A stretch of 38,075 nucleotides of DNA, from contig CAXSHO010000011.1 in NCBI GenBank assembly GCA_964237305.1, positions 1-38,075 on the forward strand. Reading direction: 5' to 3'. The number at the start of each line of letters is the position of its first letter. The first letter of the stretch is position 1. Below the pieces are notes generated by a model. It ran no database searches, was not told where the DNA came from, and saw only the letters and a list, made by a program, of their open reading frames with translations. The translations under genes were made by a program, and so were the position numbers. Shown here piece by piece: positions 1-7,775 of this stretch. This DNA comes from an uncultured Caulobacteraceae bacterium (GTDB lineage Bacteria > Pseudomonadota > Alphaproteobacteria > Caulobacterales > Caulobacteraceae).

Positions 1-91
1 TCCGCGAAGCACCTACAGCTTAGCAGATCAGAGGGTTTTCACACAGCCTCCACCCCAAGCGGACGTCGATGACGTCAGCTCGGCGGCCCCC

Positions 92-766
92 TCACCCTGT
101 CGTCGCCAGCCACACCAGGTGGCGGGAGCCGCGGCCGCCCTGGGCGCGCACCTTCGCCTCCTCCACCTCCCAGCCCGCGCGGCGCAGGCGGGCGACGAAG
201 GGGGCGTCGGGGGCGGAGGACCACACCGCCAGCACGCCGCCGGGCGCCAGGGCGCGGCGGGCGGCGTCCAGGCCCGCGGGGGCGTAGAGGCGGTCGTTGG
301 CGGGGGAGACGAGCGCCTCCGGCCCGTTGTCCACGTCCAGGAGGATGGCGTCGACGCCGCCCCGCGACGCCGCGATCGCCTCGCCCACGTCGCCCTCGAC
401 CAGCGACACCCGCGGATCGTCCAGGCAGCCGGCGAACACGGGGGCGAGCGGCCCGCGCGCCCACGCCACCACCTCCGGCACCAGCTCCACCACCGTCACC
501 CGGGCGTCCGGGCCGAGGCGGGCGAGGGCGGCGCGCAGGGTGAAGCCCATGCCCAGGCCGCCGATCAGCAGGTGCGGGGCGGGGCGCGGGCCCAGCCGCT
601 CCAGCGCCAGGTCGGCGAGCGCCGCCTCCGACCCGCCCAGGCGGCTGTTCATCAGCTCGTCGCCGCCGACGACGATGGACAGCTCCGTCCCCCGCCGCAT
701 CAGCCGCAGCTCGGCGCCCCCGCCGCCCGGCGCCGTCGCCACGCCCAGCTTCTCCCAAGGAACCAC
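92..766 (-). CDS. Class I SAM-dependent methyltransferase fold, spermidine-synthase-like protein
   Basis: ORF 92..922 (-). The C-terminal ~200 aa carry Rossmann/MTase-like motifs 'LLIGGLGMGFTL', 'RVTVVELVPEVV', 'DAILLDVDNGP' and 'PGGVLAVWS', typical of spermidine-synthase-like proteins. Start set to the in-frame GTG at 764-766 (VVPWEKLG...), because the listed start at 922 would overlap the divergent ppd start at 905. ATG at 698-700 is an alternative. Confidence 0.55.
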   Translation of the reverse strand: MVPWEKLGVATAPGGGGAELRLMRRGTELSIVVGGDELMNSRLGGSEAALADLALERLGPRPAPHLLIGGLGMGFTLRAALARLGPDARVTVVELVPEVVAWARGPLAPVFAGCLDDPRVSLVEGDVGEAIAASRGGVDAILLDVDNGPEALVSPANDRLYAPAGLDAARRALAPGGVLAVWSSAPDAPFVARLRRAGWEVEEAKVRAQGGRGSRHLVWLATTG

Positions 767-833
767 GTCGTCCTCCCCACCCGCCCGAACGGGGCTATCC
801 TGGCGACCATGGCCGCCGCACGCCTCTTCCTCC

Positions 834-860
834 ACCCGCACGACCCGCACGACCCGCACG
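834..860. repeat. Three perfect tandem copies of the 9-mer ACCCGCACG in the divergent promoter region
   Basis: Read directly: acccgcacg at 834-842, 843-851 and 852-860. The last copy overlaps a 7-bp stem hairpin (cgcacgc 855-861 / gcgtgcg 868-874) followed by TTT. Confidence 0.9.
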
Positions 861-904
861 CCGGTTTGCGTGCGTTTCGGCCCCTCGCCCGCTAGGACGC
901 CGCG

Positions 905-2041
905 GTGATCACCGCCGCCCAATTCATCGCCGCCGCATCCGACGCGGGCTTCGACTTCTACACGGGCGTGCCGTGTTCGTTCCTGACGCCGCTGATCAAC
1001 GGCGTGCTCAGCGACCGACGCCTGCGCTACGTGGGCGCCGCGTCGGAGGGCGAGGCGGTGGCGATCGCGGCGGGGGCGTGGCTGGCGGGGCGGCGCACGG
1101 TGGTGATGTGCCAGAACTCGGGCTTAGGGAACGCCGTCAACCCGCTGACCAGCCTGAACGCGCCCTTCCGCATCCCCACCCTGTTCGTCACCACCTGGCG
1201 CGGCCAGCCGGGGCTCAAGGACGAGCCGCAGCACGAGGTGATGGGCCGCATCACCCACGACCTGCTCCACCTGATGGAGCTGACGACGGAGGACGCGCCC
1301 TCCACGCCCGACGCCCTCGCCCCCGCCTTCCGCCGCGCCGCGGCGGCCATGGACGGCGCGGGCCTGCCCGTCGCCTGGGTGCTGAAGAAGGGCGACGTGG
1401 AGGACTCCGACCTGGACGCCGCCCCCCTCGGCCCCCGTCCGCCGGGCGTGCGCGACCGCTTCGAGGCGGGCGCGGCGCGGAGTTCGCGCGAGGCGGCGCT
1501 GCGGCGCGTGCTGGAGCTCATGGACGGGCGCACCGCGGTGGTGGCCACCACGGGCAAGTGCGGGCGCGAGCTGTTCACCCTCGCCGACCGGCCGCAGCAC
1601 CTCTACCAGGTGGGCTCTATGGGCGGGGCCACGGCCATGGGGCTGGGCGTCGCGCTCAACACCGACAAGCCCGTGGTGGTGCTCGACGGCGACGGCGCGG
1701 CGCTGATGAAGCTGGGCGTGATGGCGACGGTGGGGGCCTACGCTCCTGCGAACTTGCTGCACGTGCTGCTGGACAACGGCGTGCACGACTCCACGGGCGG
1801 GCAGGCGACGGTCTCGGCGTCGGTGGACTTCGCCGCCGTGGCGCTGGCGTGCGGCTACGCCTACGCCGCCTCGGCCGACGACGTGGACGGGCTGTCGCGA
1901 GGCTGGGCGGCGGCCAAGGCGGCGGGCGGGCCGGCGCTGATCCACCTGCGCATCGCGCCGGGCTCCATGGCCACGCTCGGCCGGCCCACGGTGACGCCCG
2001 CGGAGGTGGCGCAGCGGTTCAGGGCGTTCCTGGCCTCGTGA
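905..2041 (+). CDS. aepY: Phosphonopyruvate decarboxylase (ThDP-dependent, fused alpha/beta type)
   Basis: 378-aa ORF. N-terminal 'FDFYTGVPCSFLTPL' and 'CQNSGLGNAVNPLTSL'. ThDP-binding motif 'LDGDGAALMKLG...LLDNGVHDSTGGQ' (GDG-X-NN-like). Single-polypeptide size matches Ppd/AepY. Immediately followed by, and GTGA-overlapped with, an AEP transaminase gene. Confidence 0.8.
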   Translation: MITAAQFIAAASDAGFDFYTGVPCSFLTPLINGVLSDRRLRYVGAASEGEAVAIAAGAWLAGRRTVVMCQNSGLGNAVNPLTSLNAPFRIPTLFVTTWRGQPGLKDEPQHEVMGRITHDLLHLMELTTEDAPSTPDALAPAFRRAAAAMDGAGLPVAWVLKKGDVEDSDLDAAPLGPRPPGVRDRFEAGAARSSREAALRRVLELMDGRTAVVATTGKCGRELFTLADRPQHLYQVGSMGGATAMGLGVALNTDKPVVVLDGDGAALMKLGVMATVGAYAPANLLHVLLDNGVHDSTGGQATVSASVDFAAVALACGYAYAASADDVDGLSRGWAAAKAAGGPALIHLRIAPGSMATLGRPTVTPAEVAQRFRAFLAS

Positions 2042-3165
2042 CGCCGCTGCTGCTCACCCCAGGCCCGCTGACGACGCACCCGCGGGTGCGCGAGGCCATG
2101 GGGCGCGACTGGGGATCGCGCAACGGCGACTTCATCGCGCTCACCGCCGAGCTGCGCGACGGCCTCGCGGCCGTGGCGAACGGCGCGGGCACGCACGAGG
2201 CCGTGCCGATCCAGGGCGCGGGCACCTACGCGCTGGAGGCCGCCGCCGCATCGCTGGTCGGGCCTGCGGACAAGCTCCTGGTGCTGGTGAACGGCGCCTA
2301 CGGCCGGCGCATGGCCGCCCTCGCCCGCCGCCTCGGCCGCGAGGTCGTAGCGCTCGACTGGCCGGAGGATGCGCCCGTCGAGCCCGAGCGGGTGCGCGAG
2401 GCGCTCGCCGCCGACCCGGCCGTGACGCACGTGGCGCTGGTGCACGTGGAGACCACCACCGGCCTCCTGAACCCGGTGGAGGCCGTGGCCGCCGTGGTCG
2501 CCGAGGCCGGGCGGCGGCTGGTCCTGGACGCCATGGCGAGCTTCGGCGCCCTGCCGCTGGACCTCGCGCGCACCCCCGTGTCGGCGGTGCTGGCGTCGTC
2601 GAACAAGGGCCTGGAGGGGCCGCCCGGGATCAGCTTCGCCCTGGTGGAGCGCGGGGCGCTCGCGGCGGCGCAGGGCGTGTCGCCGTCCATGTCGCTCGAC
2701 CTCCACGCCCAGGCGGCGGGCTTCGCGGCGAACGGGCAGTGGCGCTTCACCCCGCCCGTGCAGGTGGTGGCCGGGACGGTGGAGGCGCTGCGGCTCCTGG
2801 CGGAGGAGGGCGGCCCGCCCGCCCGCCTGCGCCGCTACGGCGAGAACCTGCGGGTGCTGGCCGACGGCGTGGAGGCGGCGGGCTTCCCGCTGTACCTGCG
2901 GCGCGAGGTGCAGGCTCCGGTGATCGCCACCTTCCGCCACGGGCCGGAGCTGGACTTCGCCCGCTTCTACGACGCGTTGGCCGCCCGCGGCTTCGTCATC
3001 TACCCGGGCAAGCTCACCGCCGAGCCCTCGTTCCGCATCGGCTGCATCGGCCAGGTCTTCCCGGCGGACATGCGCCGGCTGGTGGAGGCGGTGTGCGAGA
3101 TCGCTTCGTCTGTCATCCCGGGCGGCGGAGCCGACCCGGGACCCAGGACCACGCGCGCGACCTGA
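2038..3165 (+). CDS. phnW: 2-aminoethylphosphonate--pyruvate transaminase (class V aminotransferase)
   Basis: Lies in the frame of ORF 973..3165. GTG at 2038 overlaps the ppd TGA (2039-2041). 'LLLTPGPLTT...VREAM', 'VHVETTTGLLNP' and the PLP-lysine region 'ASSNKGLEGPPGISF' are typical of PhnW/AepZ-type class V aminotransferases. 375 aa. Confidence 0.8.
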   Translation: MTPLLLTPGPLTTHPRVREAMGRDWGSRNGDFIALTAELRDGLAAVANGAGTHEAVPIQGAGTYALEAAAASLVGPADKLLVLVNGAYGRRMAALARRLGREVVALDWPEDAPVEPERVREALAADPAVTHVALVHVETTTGLLNPVEAVAAVVAEAGRRLVLDAMASFGALPLDLARTPVSAVLASSNKGLEGPPGISFALVERGALAAAQGVSPSMSLDLHAQAAGFAANGQWRFTPPVQVVAGTVEALRLLAEEGGPPARLRRYGENLRVLADGVEAAGFPLYLRREVQAPVIATFRHGPELDFARFYDALAARGFVIYPGKLTAEPSFRIGCIGQVFPADMRRLVEAVCEIASSVIPGGGADPGPRTTRAT

Positions 3166-3207
3166 CCCCCTGGGTCCCGGGTCCGCTGCGCGGCCCGGGA
3201 TGACAGA
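3109..3207. terminator. Nested imperfect ~100-bp palindrome between convergent genes (bidirectional terminator or REP-like element)
   Basis: Outer arms tctgtcatcccgggc (3109-3123) / gcccgggatgacaga (3193-3207). Inner arms 3133-3147 / 3169-3183 (15 bp, core cccgggacccagg / cctgggtcccggg) with a 21-nt loop. The structure spans the phnW stop codon (3163-3165). Confidence 0.55.
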
Positions 3208-3213
3208 GGCGGA

Positions 3214-3828
3214 TCAGGCCGTCGCCTCGCGCGCCAGCCGCCGCCGCAGCCCGATCAGGCGCGCCAGGATCACGAGCGCCATGGCGCCCGCGCACACCGC
3301 CGTCAGCACCACCGCGGGCGCCAGCCAGCCGAGCCAGGTCATCGGCGCCAGGAGGTAGAGCGCGTCGTCGGGCTGGAAGCCCCAGGCGCCTTCCCAGGTG
3401 CGCACGCCCGGGCCGCGCAGCCCCTCGTAGACCTCCGACCACCAGCAGCACAGCAGCATCGCCCCGCAGCCGACCGCGCCCAGGATCGGCCCCCAGGCGC
3501 CCAGCATCCCGTGCCGCACCCCCACGCCCGCGCACAGGAAGAAGACGGAGTTGAGCAGGACGTCCGTGTAGTAGTCGTACAGGTGCCCGCCCCGGCTGCG
3601 CATGTCGCCGATGCGCGCCAGTTCGCCGTCCATCCGGTCGAGGAAGCCGGACACGATCCACAGCACGCCCGACCACAGCACGCGCGCGGGCGTCAGCTCG
3701 AGGAGGAGCCCGCAGGCGGCCGCGCCGGTGACGAAGCGCAGGGTGGTGACGTGGTTGGGCGTCACCCCCGTGCCGAGGAGCGGCCGCACGAAGACGCGGG
3801 CGGCCTTGTGGTTCCAGGTGTCGTTCAC
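3214..3828 (-). CDS. CDP-alcohol phosphatidyltransferase family protein
   Basis: ORF 3214..3954 (-). Perfect family signature D-x2-DG-x2-AR-x8-G-x3-D-x3-D in 'FLDRMDGELARIGDMRSRGGHLYDYYTDVLLN'. Multiple hydrophobic helices. Start set at in-frame GTG 3826-3828 (VNDTWNHKAARVF...); the upstream ATG at 3954 is possible. Confidence 0.75.
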   Translation of the reverse strand: MNDTWNHKAARVFVRPLLGTGVTPNHVTTLRFVTGAAACGLLLELTPARVLWSGVLWIVSGFLDRMDGELARIGDMRSRGGHLYDYYTDVLLNSVFFLCAGVGVRHGMLGAWGPILGAVGCGAMLLCCWWSEVYEGLRGPGVRTWEGAWGFQPDDALYLLAPMTWLGWLAPAVVLTAVCAGAMALVILARLIGLRRRLAREATA

Positions 3829-3996
3829 GTCAGCGTCAGCAGAGAGGGTGGAGCGGGCCGTTCTCCTACATCCCCGGCCGAGGGAGGCCAAGGTCGCGCT
3901 TGGCGCGGCCCGCCAAGAGAGGCTCCCGCCGGCGCTCTCCGGGCGGACAAGCAAAGGTTAAGCGCATCTAAAGGGTTGGCGAGTCACGATGTCCGC

Positions 3997-6111
3997 ATGG
4001 AGACCCCGGCAGAAGCGGCCCTGGGCAGGGATCTGCGCGTCGACGCCTTCGCGGCGGAGACGTGCGCCATCTGGCCGCTGCGCATGGTCAGCACGGCGCT
4101 GGCCACCGGCTACCTCGCCGTGTTCGTCTCGCCCTGGATGCTGCTCGGCTTCGGCGCCGTGCAGTTCGCCGCCTACGGCGTGCTGGTCCACACCTGCCGC
4201 GGTGCGGGGCCGCACACGGCCGCGCGGCGCGCGCGGATCGTGCGCACCACCTTCTGGATGCGCCTCGTCATCACCGGCAGCCTGTGCGCGGCGGCCGTCT
4301 GGATGCGGATCGGCCGCGGCCTCGCGGTCGAGGCGACCATGTTCCTCACCGCCAACCTCATCATGGGCGCGCTGCAGGCGGCCCCGGACGGGAGGAGCCA
4401 GGCGGTGGGCATGGCGGCGCCCGGCTCCACGCTGGCCTTCCTGGCCGTCGCGGCCCCGTTCGGCGACGTGCGGCTCACCCTGTGCTTCGCCCTGTTCCTC
4501 GTCTCGGTGCTCGCCACCACGCTGGGCCAGCAGAGCGCCAGGCGGGAGATGGTGCGGCTCCTCGCCCGCGACGTGCGCACCCGGACGCGCCTGGCGGAGC
4601 GGGCGCAGGAGGCGGCGGCGGCGGAGGACGTGGCGCGCATGGGCTGGTGGCGCCTGCGGGCCGCCACCGGCGAGCGCAGCTGGTCGCCCGGCATGTTCCG
4701 CGTCATGGGCTTTCCGGTGGCCGACACGCCGCCGTCCGCCGCCGAGTCGTACAAGCTGTTCGACCCGGAAGTGAGCGAGGAGCTGCGCGGCCTGGTGGAG
4801 GCGGCCATCGCCGGGCGGCGCGGCTTCTCCGTCGAGCACGACCTTCGCCTCGCCGACGGCGAGCGGCGCCGGGTGGAGCTCCGCGCCCACTTCCGGGAGG
4901 AGGGCGGCGAGGGCTCGCTCTACGGCGTGCTGCGCGACGTCACGGAAAGCCACCGCACGCTGGAGGCGCTGCGCCACGCGCGCGAGGCGGCGGACGCGGC
5001 CTCCCGCGCCAAGAGCGAGTTCCTCGGCAACATGGGGCACGAGCTGCGCACGCCGCTCACCAGCATCCTGGGCTTCACCCAGCTCCTGGCGTCGCGCGGC
5101 GACCTCGATCCCGGGGCGCGGAGCCATGTGCGGCGGGTGGGCCAGGCGGGGCGGACGCTCCTGGCGCTCGTCGACGACATCCTGGACTTCTCGCGCCTGG
5201 AGGAGGGCCGGCTGGTGGTGCGCCCCACGGCGGTGCGGCTGGCGGTGCTCTGCCGCGAGGCGCTGGAGGGCGCGGGGGCGCCCGCGCGCGACAAGGGCCT
5301 GCACCTGGCGGGCGAGATCGACGCGGGGCTGGAGGCGCCGCTCATGCTGGACGCCGGCAGGGTGCGCCAGATCCTCAACCACCTCCTGGACAACGCGGTG
5401 AAGTTCACGGAGCACGGGAGCGTCACCCTGCGCGCGGGGCTGGACGGCGACCGGGTCTTGCTGGAGGTGGCGGACACGGGGCCGGGCGTCGCGCCCGAGG
5501 CGCAGGCGCGCCTGTTCGAGCACTTCGCCCAGGGCGACGGCTCCTCCACGCGGCCGCACGGCGGGGCGGGGCTGGGCCTCGCCGTCTCCCGCGGCCTGGC
5601 GGAGGCCATGGGCGGCGCCCTCGGCCTGGAGAGCACGCCCGGCCGCGGCAGCCGCTTCGTCGTGACCCTGCCCGCCCCCGCCGTCCTGTCGGAGACGCAG
5701 GCGGGGGCGCTGGGCGACGTGCGCGTGCTGGTGGCGGACGACGTGGCCGCCAACCGCGACCTGGCCCGCCTGTTCCTGTCGGGCGCGGGGGCGGAGATCA
5801 CCGACGCGCGGGACGGTGCGCACGCGGTGGAGCTGGCCTCCGCCGAGCCGTTCGACGTGATCCTGATGGACATGAAGATGCCGCGTCTGGACGGGCTGGG
5901 CGCGCTGGGCCGGCTGCGCGGCGGCGACGGCCCCAACACGGACACCCCCGTGCTGGCCTTCACCGCCAACGCGGGCGAGATGCGCGACGAGCTCCTGGCG
6001 GCCGGCTTCCACGACGTGGTGTCCAAGCCGATCACGCCGCCCGTGCTGATCGCGGCGGTGGCGCAGGCCGCCGCCGCCCAGGACGGCTGGGGCGCCCTGC
6101 GTGTCGGCTGA
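3997..6111 (+). CDS. Hybrid sensor histidine kinase (membrane N-terminus, PAS, HisKA, HATPase_c, C-terminal receiver)
   Basis: In the frame of ORF 3511..6111; ATG at 3997 (METPAEAAL...). Hydrophobic N-terminal region, PAS-like 'MGWWRLRAATGERSWSPGMFRVMGF', H-box 'FLGNMGHELRTPLTSILGF', G-boxes 'VADTGPGV' and 'GGAGLGLAVSRGLAEAMGG', and receiver 'VRVLVADDVAANRD...DVILMDMKMPRLDG...SKP'. Confidence 0.9.
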   Translation: METPAEAALGRDLRVDAFAAETCAIWPLRMVSTALATGYLAVFVSPWMLLGFGAVQFAAYGVLVHTCRGAGPHTAARRARIVRTTFWMRLVITGSLCAAAVWMRIGRGLAVEATMFLTANLIMGALQAAPDGRSQAVGMAAPGSTLAFLAVAAPFGDVRLTLCFALFLVSVLATTLGQQSARREMVRLLARDVRTRTRLAERAQEAAAAEDVARMGWWRLRAATGERSWSPGMFRVMGFPVADTPPSAAESYKLFDPEVSEELRGLVEAAIAGRRGFSVEHDLRLADGERRRVELRAHFREEGGEGSLYGVLRDVTESHRTLEALRHAREAADAASRAKSEFLGNMGHELRTPLTSILGFTQLLASRGDLDPGARSHVRRVGQAGRTLLALVDDILDFSRLEEGRLVVRPTAVRLAVLCREALEGAGAPARDKGLHLAGEIDAGLEAPLMLDAGRVRQILNHLLDNAVKFTEHGSVTLRAGLDGDRVLLEVADTGPGVAPEAQARLFEHFAQGDGSSTRPHGGAGLGLAVSRGLAEAMGGALGLESTPGRGSRFVVTLPAPAVLSETQAGALGDVRVLVADDVAANRDLARLFLSGAGAEITDARDGAHAVELASAEPFDVILMDMKMPRLDGLGALGRLRGGDGPNTDTPVLAFTANAGEMRDELLAAGFHDVVSKPITPPVLIAAVAQAAAAQDGWGALRVG

Positions 6112-6547
6112 GCCCCTCGACATCCTGGTGGCCGAGGACGACGCGGGCGTGCGCCAGCTCCTGCGCGAGCAGCTCGCCGCCGACGGCTACAGGGTCACGC
6201 TCGCGCGCGGCGGGGCTGACGCGCTCGCCATCCTCCAGATGTGGCGTCCGGCCGGCCTGATCCTCGACCTCAACATGCCCGGGGTGGACGGCTTCGCCGT
6301 GCTGGAGGGCCTGCGCAAGCTCGCCACCGCCCCGCCCGTGCTCGTGCTGTCCGGCCGCTTCGCCGCGGAGGACGTGCGCCGCGCGGTGATGCTCGGCGCC
6401 AAGGACTACGTCCGCAAGCCGTTCACCGAGGCGCTGATGCGCGCGCGCGTCGCCAGGCTCGTCAGGGTGCGGACGACGCCGCCGCTCCCCCATCCCGGCC
6501 CGGGCGCGGGCGACTTCGGCCCCGAGCCGGACGAGGTGCTGATCTGA
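6101..6547 (+). CDS. Single-domain (CheY-like) response regulator
   Basis: 148-aa ORF. The GTG start overlaps the kinase stop by 11 nt. 'ILVAEDDAGVRQLL', 'LILDLNMPGVDGF' and 'AKDYVRKPF' are the receiver acidic pocket, phospho-Asp and conserved Lys. No output domain. Confidence 0.85.
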   Translation: MSAEPLDILVAEDDAGVRQLLREQLAADGYRVTLARGGADALAILQMWRPAGLILDLNMPGVDGFAVLEGLRKLATAPPVLVLSGRFAAEDVRRAVMLGAKDYVRKPFTEALMRARVARLVRVRTTPPLPHPGPGAGDFGPEPDEVLI

Positions 6548-6662
6548 GGCGCAGGGCTCCGTGCCCGGGCCGGTCGCCGGCGTCGTGCGGCGGTCGGCGG
6601 TTCGCGGGATCGTGCGGCCGCGGCGGCCGTTGACGGCGGGTCCCCGCCTCCTGGAGCCAGCC

Positions 6663-7775
6663 ATGACCTCGACCCGCAAGGTGCGTTACGCCGTCGTCGC
6701 CCTCGGCGACATCTCGCAGGAGGCGATGCTCCCGGCCATCGCGCACACCGGCAACTCCGAGCTTGCGGCGGTGGTCTCGGGCGACGCGGAGAAGGGGCGG
6801 GAGGTCGCCGCGCGCTACGGCGTGAAGGCGTGGGGCTACGACGGGTTCGAGGCGCTCCTGGGCTCGGGCGAGATCGACGCGATCTACCTGGGCTCGCCCA
6901 ACTGGCGCCACGCCGAGTTCGCCGTCCCCGCGCTGGAGGCCGGGATCCACGTCTTGTGCGAGAAGCCGCTGGAGGTCTCGTCCGAGCGGGGCCGCGAGAT
7001 CGAGGCGGCCGCCAAGGCCTCCACCGCCAAGTTCATGACCGCCTACCGGCTGCACTTCGAGCCCTCCACGCTCGCCGCCATCCGGCGGATCCGCTCGGGC
7101 GAGCTGGGCGAGATCGTCGCCTTCACCTCCTGCTTCACCCAGGCGCTCGACCCCGCCAACCACCGCGCCAGGAACGGGGAGCTGGCGGGACCGCTGTTCG
7201 ACATGGCGCCCTACCCCATCAACGCCGCCCGCTACCTGTTCGGCGAGGAGCCGGAGGCGGTGCTGTCCGCCCACACGAGCCGCACGCCCGAGGCGGGGCT
7301 GGAGCTCGACGTCGACACCGTCGCGGTGGCGCTGCGCTTCCCCAAGGGGCGGATCGCCACCTTCACCGTGTCCTACGCCGCCAACGCGGTGGACAGCCTC
7401 GTCGTGGCGGGGACGAAGGGCTCCATCCACATGAGCCCCGCCTACGGCTTCGGCGACCCGGGCGAGCAGACCGTGAAGGTGGGCGGGAAGGAGAAGACGC
7501 ACGGCTTCAAGGCCACCGACCAGTTCGGCGGCGAGTTGCGTCACTTCTCGCGCTGCATCCTGGAGGACCGCGACCCCGAGCCCGACGCCGAGGAGGGCCT
7601 GGCCGACCTGCGGGTGATCGAGGGCGTGCGGCGGTGCCTGGAGACCGGCGCCGTCGTGGAGCTGGCGCCCTTCACCCGCTCGCGCCGCATCGACGTGGAC
7701 GCGCAGGAGGAGACGCTGCACCCGGTCCACCCGCCGGAGCCGATCGGCGCTTCAGCCCCCGCGCGGAAGGGTTGA
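6663..7775 (+). CDS. Gfo/Idh/MocA family NAD(P)-dependent oxidoreductase (glucose-fructose oxidoreductase-like)
   Basis: ATG at 6663, preceded by ctGGAGccagcc. 'VRYAVVALGDISQEAMLPA', 'AIYLGSPNWRHAEFAVPALEAGIHVLCEKPL' (EKP motif) and a C-terminal dimerisation-type domain. Confidence 0.85.
   Translation: MTSTRKVRYAVVALGDISQEAMLPAIAHTGNSELAAVVSGDAEKGREVAARYGVKAWGYDGFEALLGSGEIDAIYLGSPNWRHAEFAVPALEAGIHVLCEKPLEVSSERGREIEAAAKASTAKFMTAYRLHFEPSTLAAIRRIRSGELGEIVAFTSCFTQALDPANHRARNGELAGPLFDMAPYPINAARYLFGEEPEAVLSAHTSRTPEAGLELDVDTVAVALRFPKGRIATFTVSYAANAVDSLVVAGTKGSIHMSPAYGFGDPGEQTVKVGGKEKTHGFKATDQFGGELRHFSRCILEDRDPEPDAEEGLADLRVIEGVRRCLETGAVVELAPFTRSRRIDVDAQEETLHPVHPPEPIGASAPARKG

Noticed and set aside
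1-68. Markedly lower-GC stretch (about 50% by eye) at the left window edge, with GACGTC-gat-GACGTC at 61-75
   Set aside because: I tested by eye for a tRNA 3' half or T-arm, an rRNA end, or a terminator and found none. It is truncated by the window edge, so no call is possible. It may be a promoter or UTR of an off-window gene.
3511-3996. N-terminal extension of the histidine kinase ORF (866-aa version)
   Set aside because: It is antisense to the CDP-alcohol phosphatidyltransferase gene and has a charged low-complexity composition. The ATG at 3997 precedes the first hydrophobic helices.
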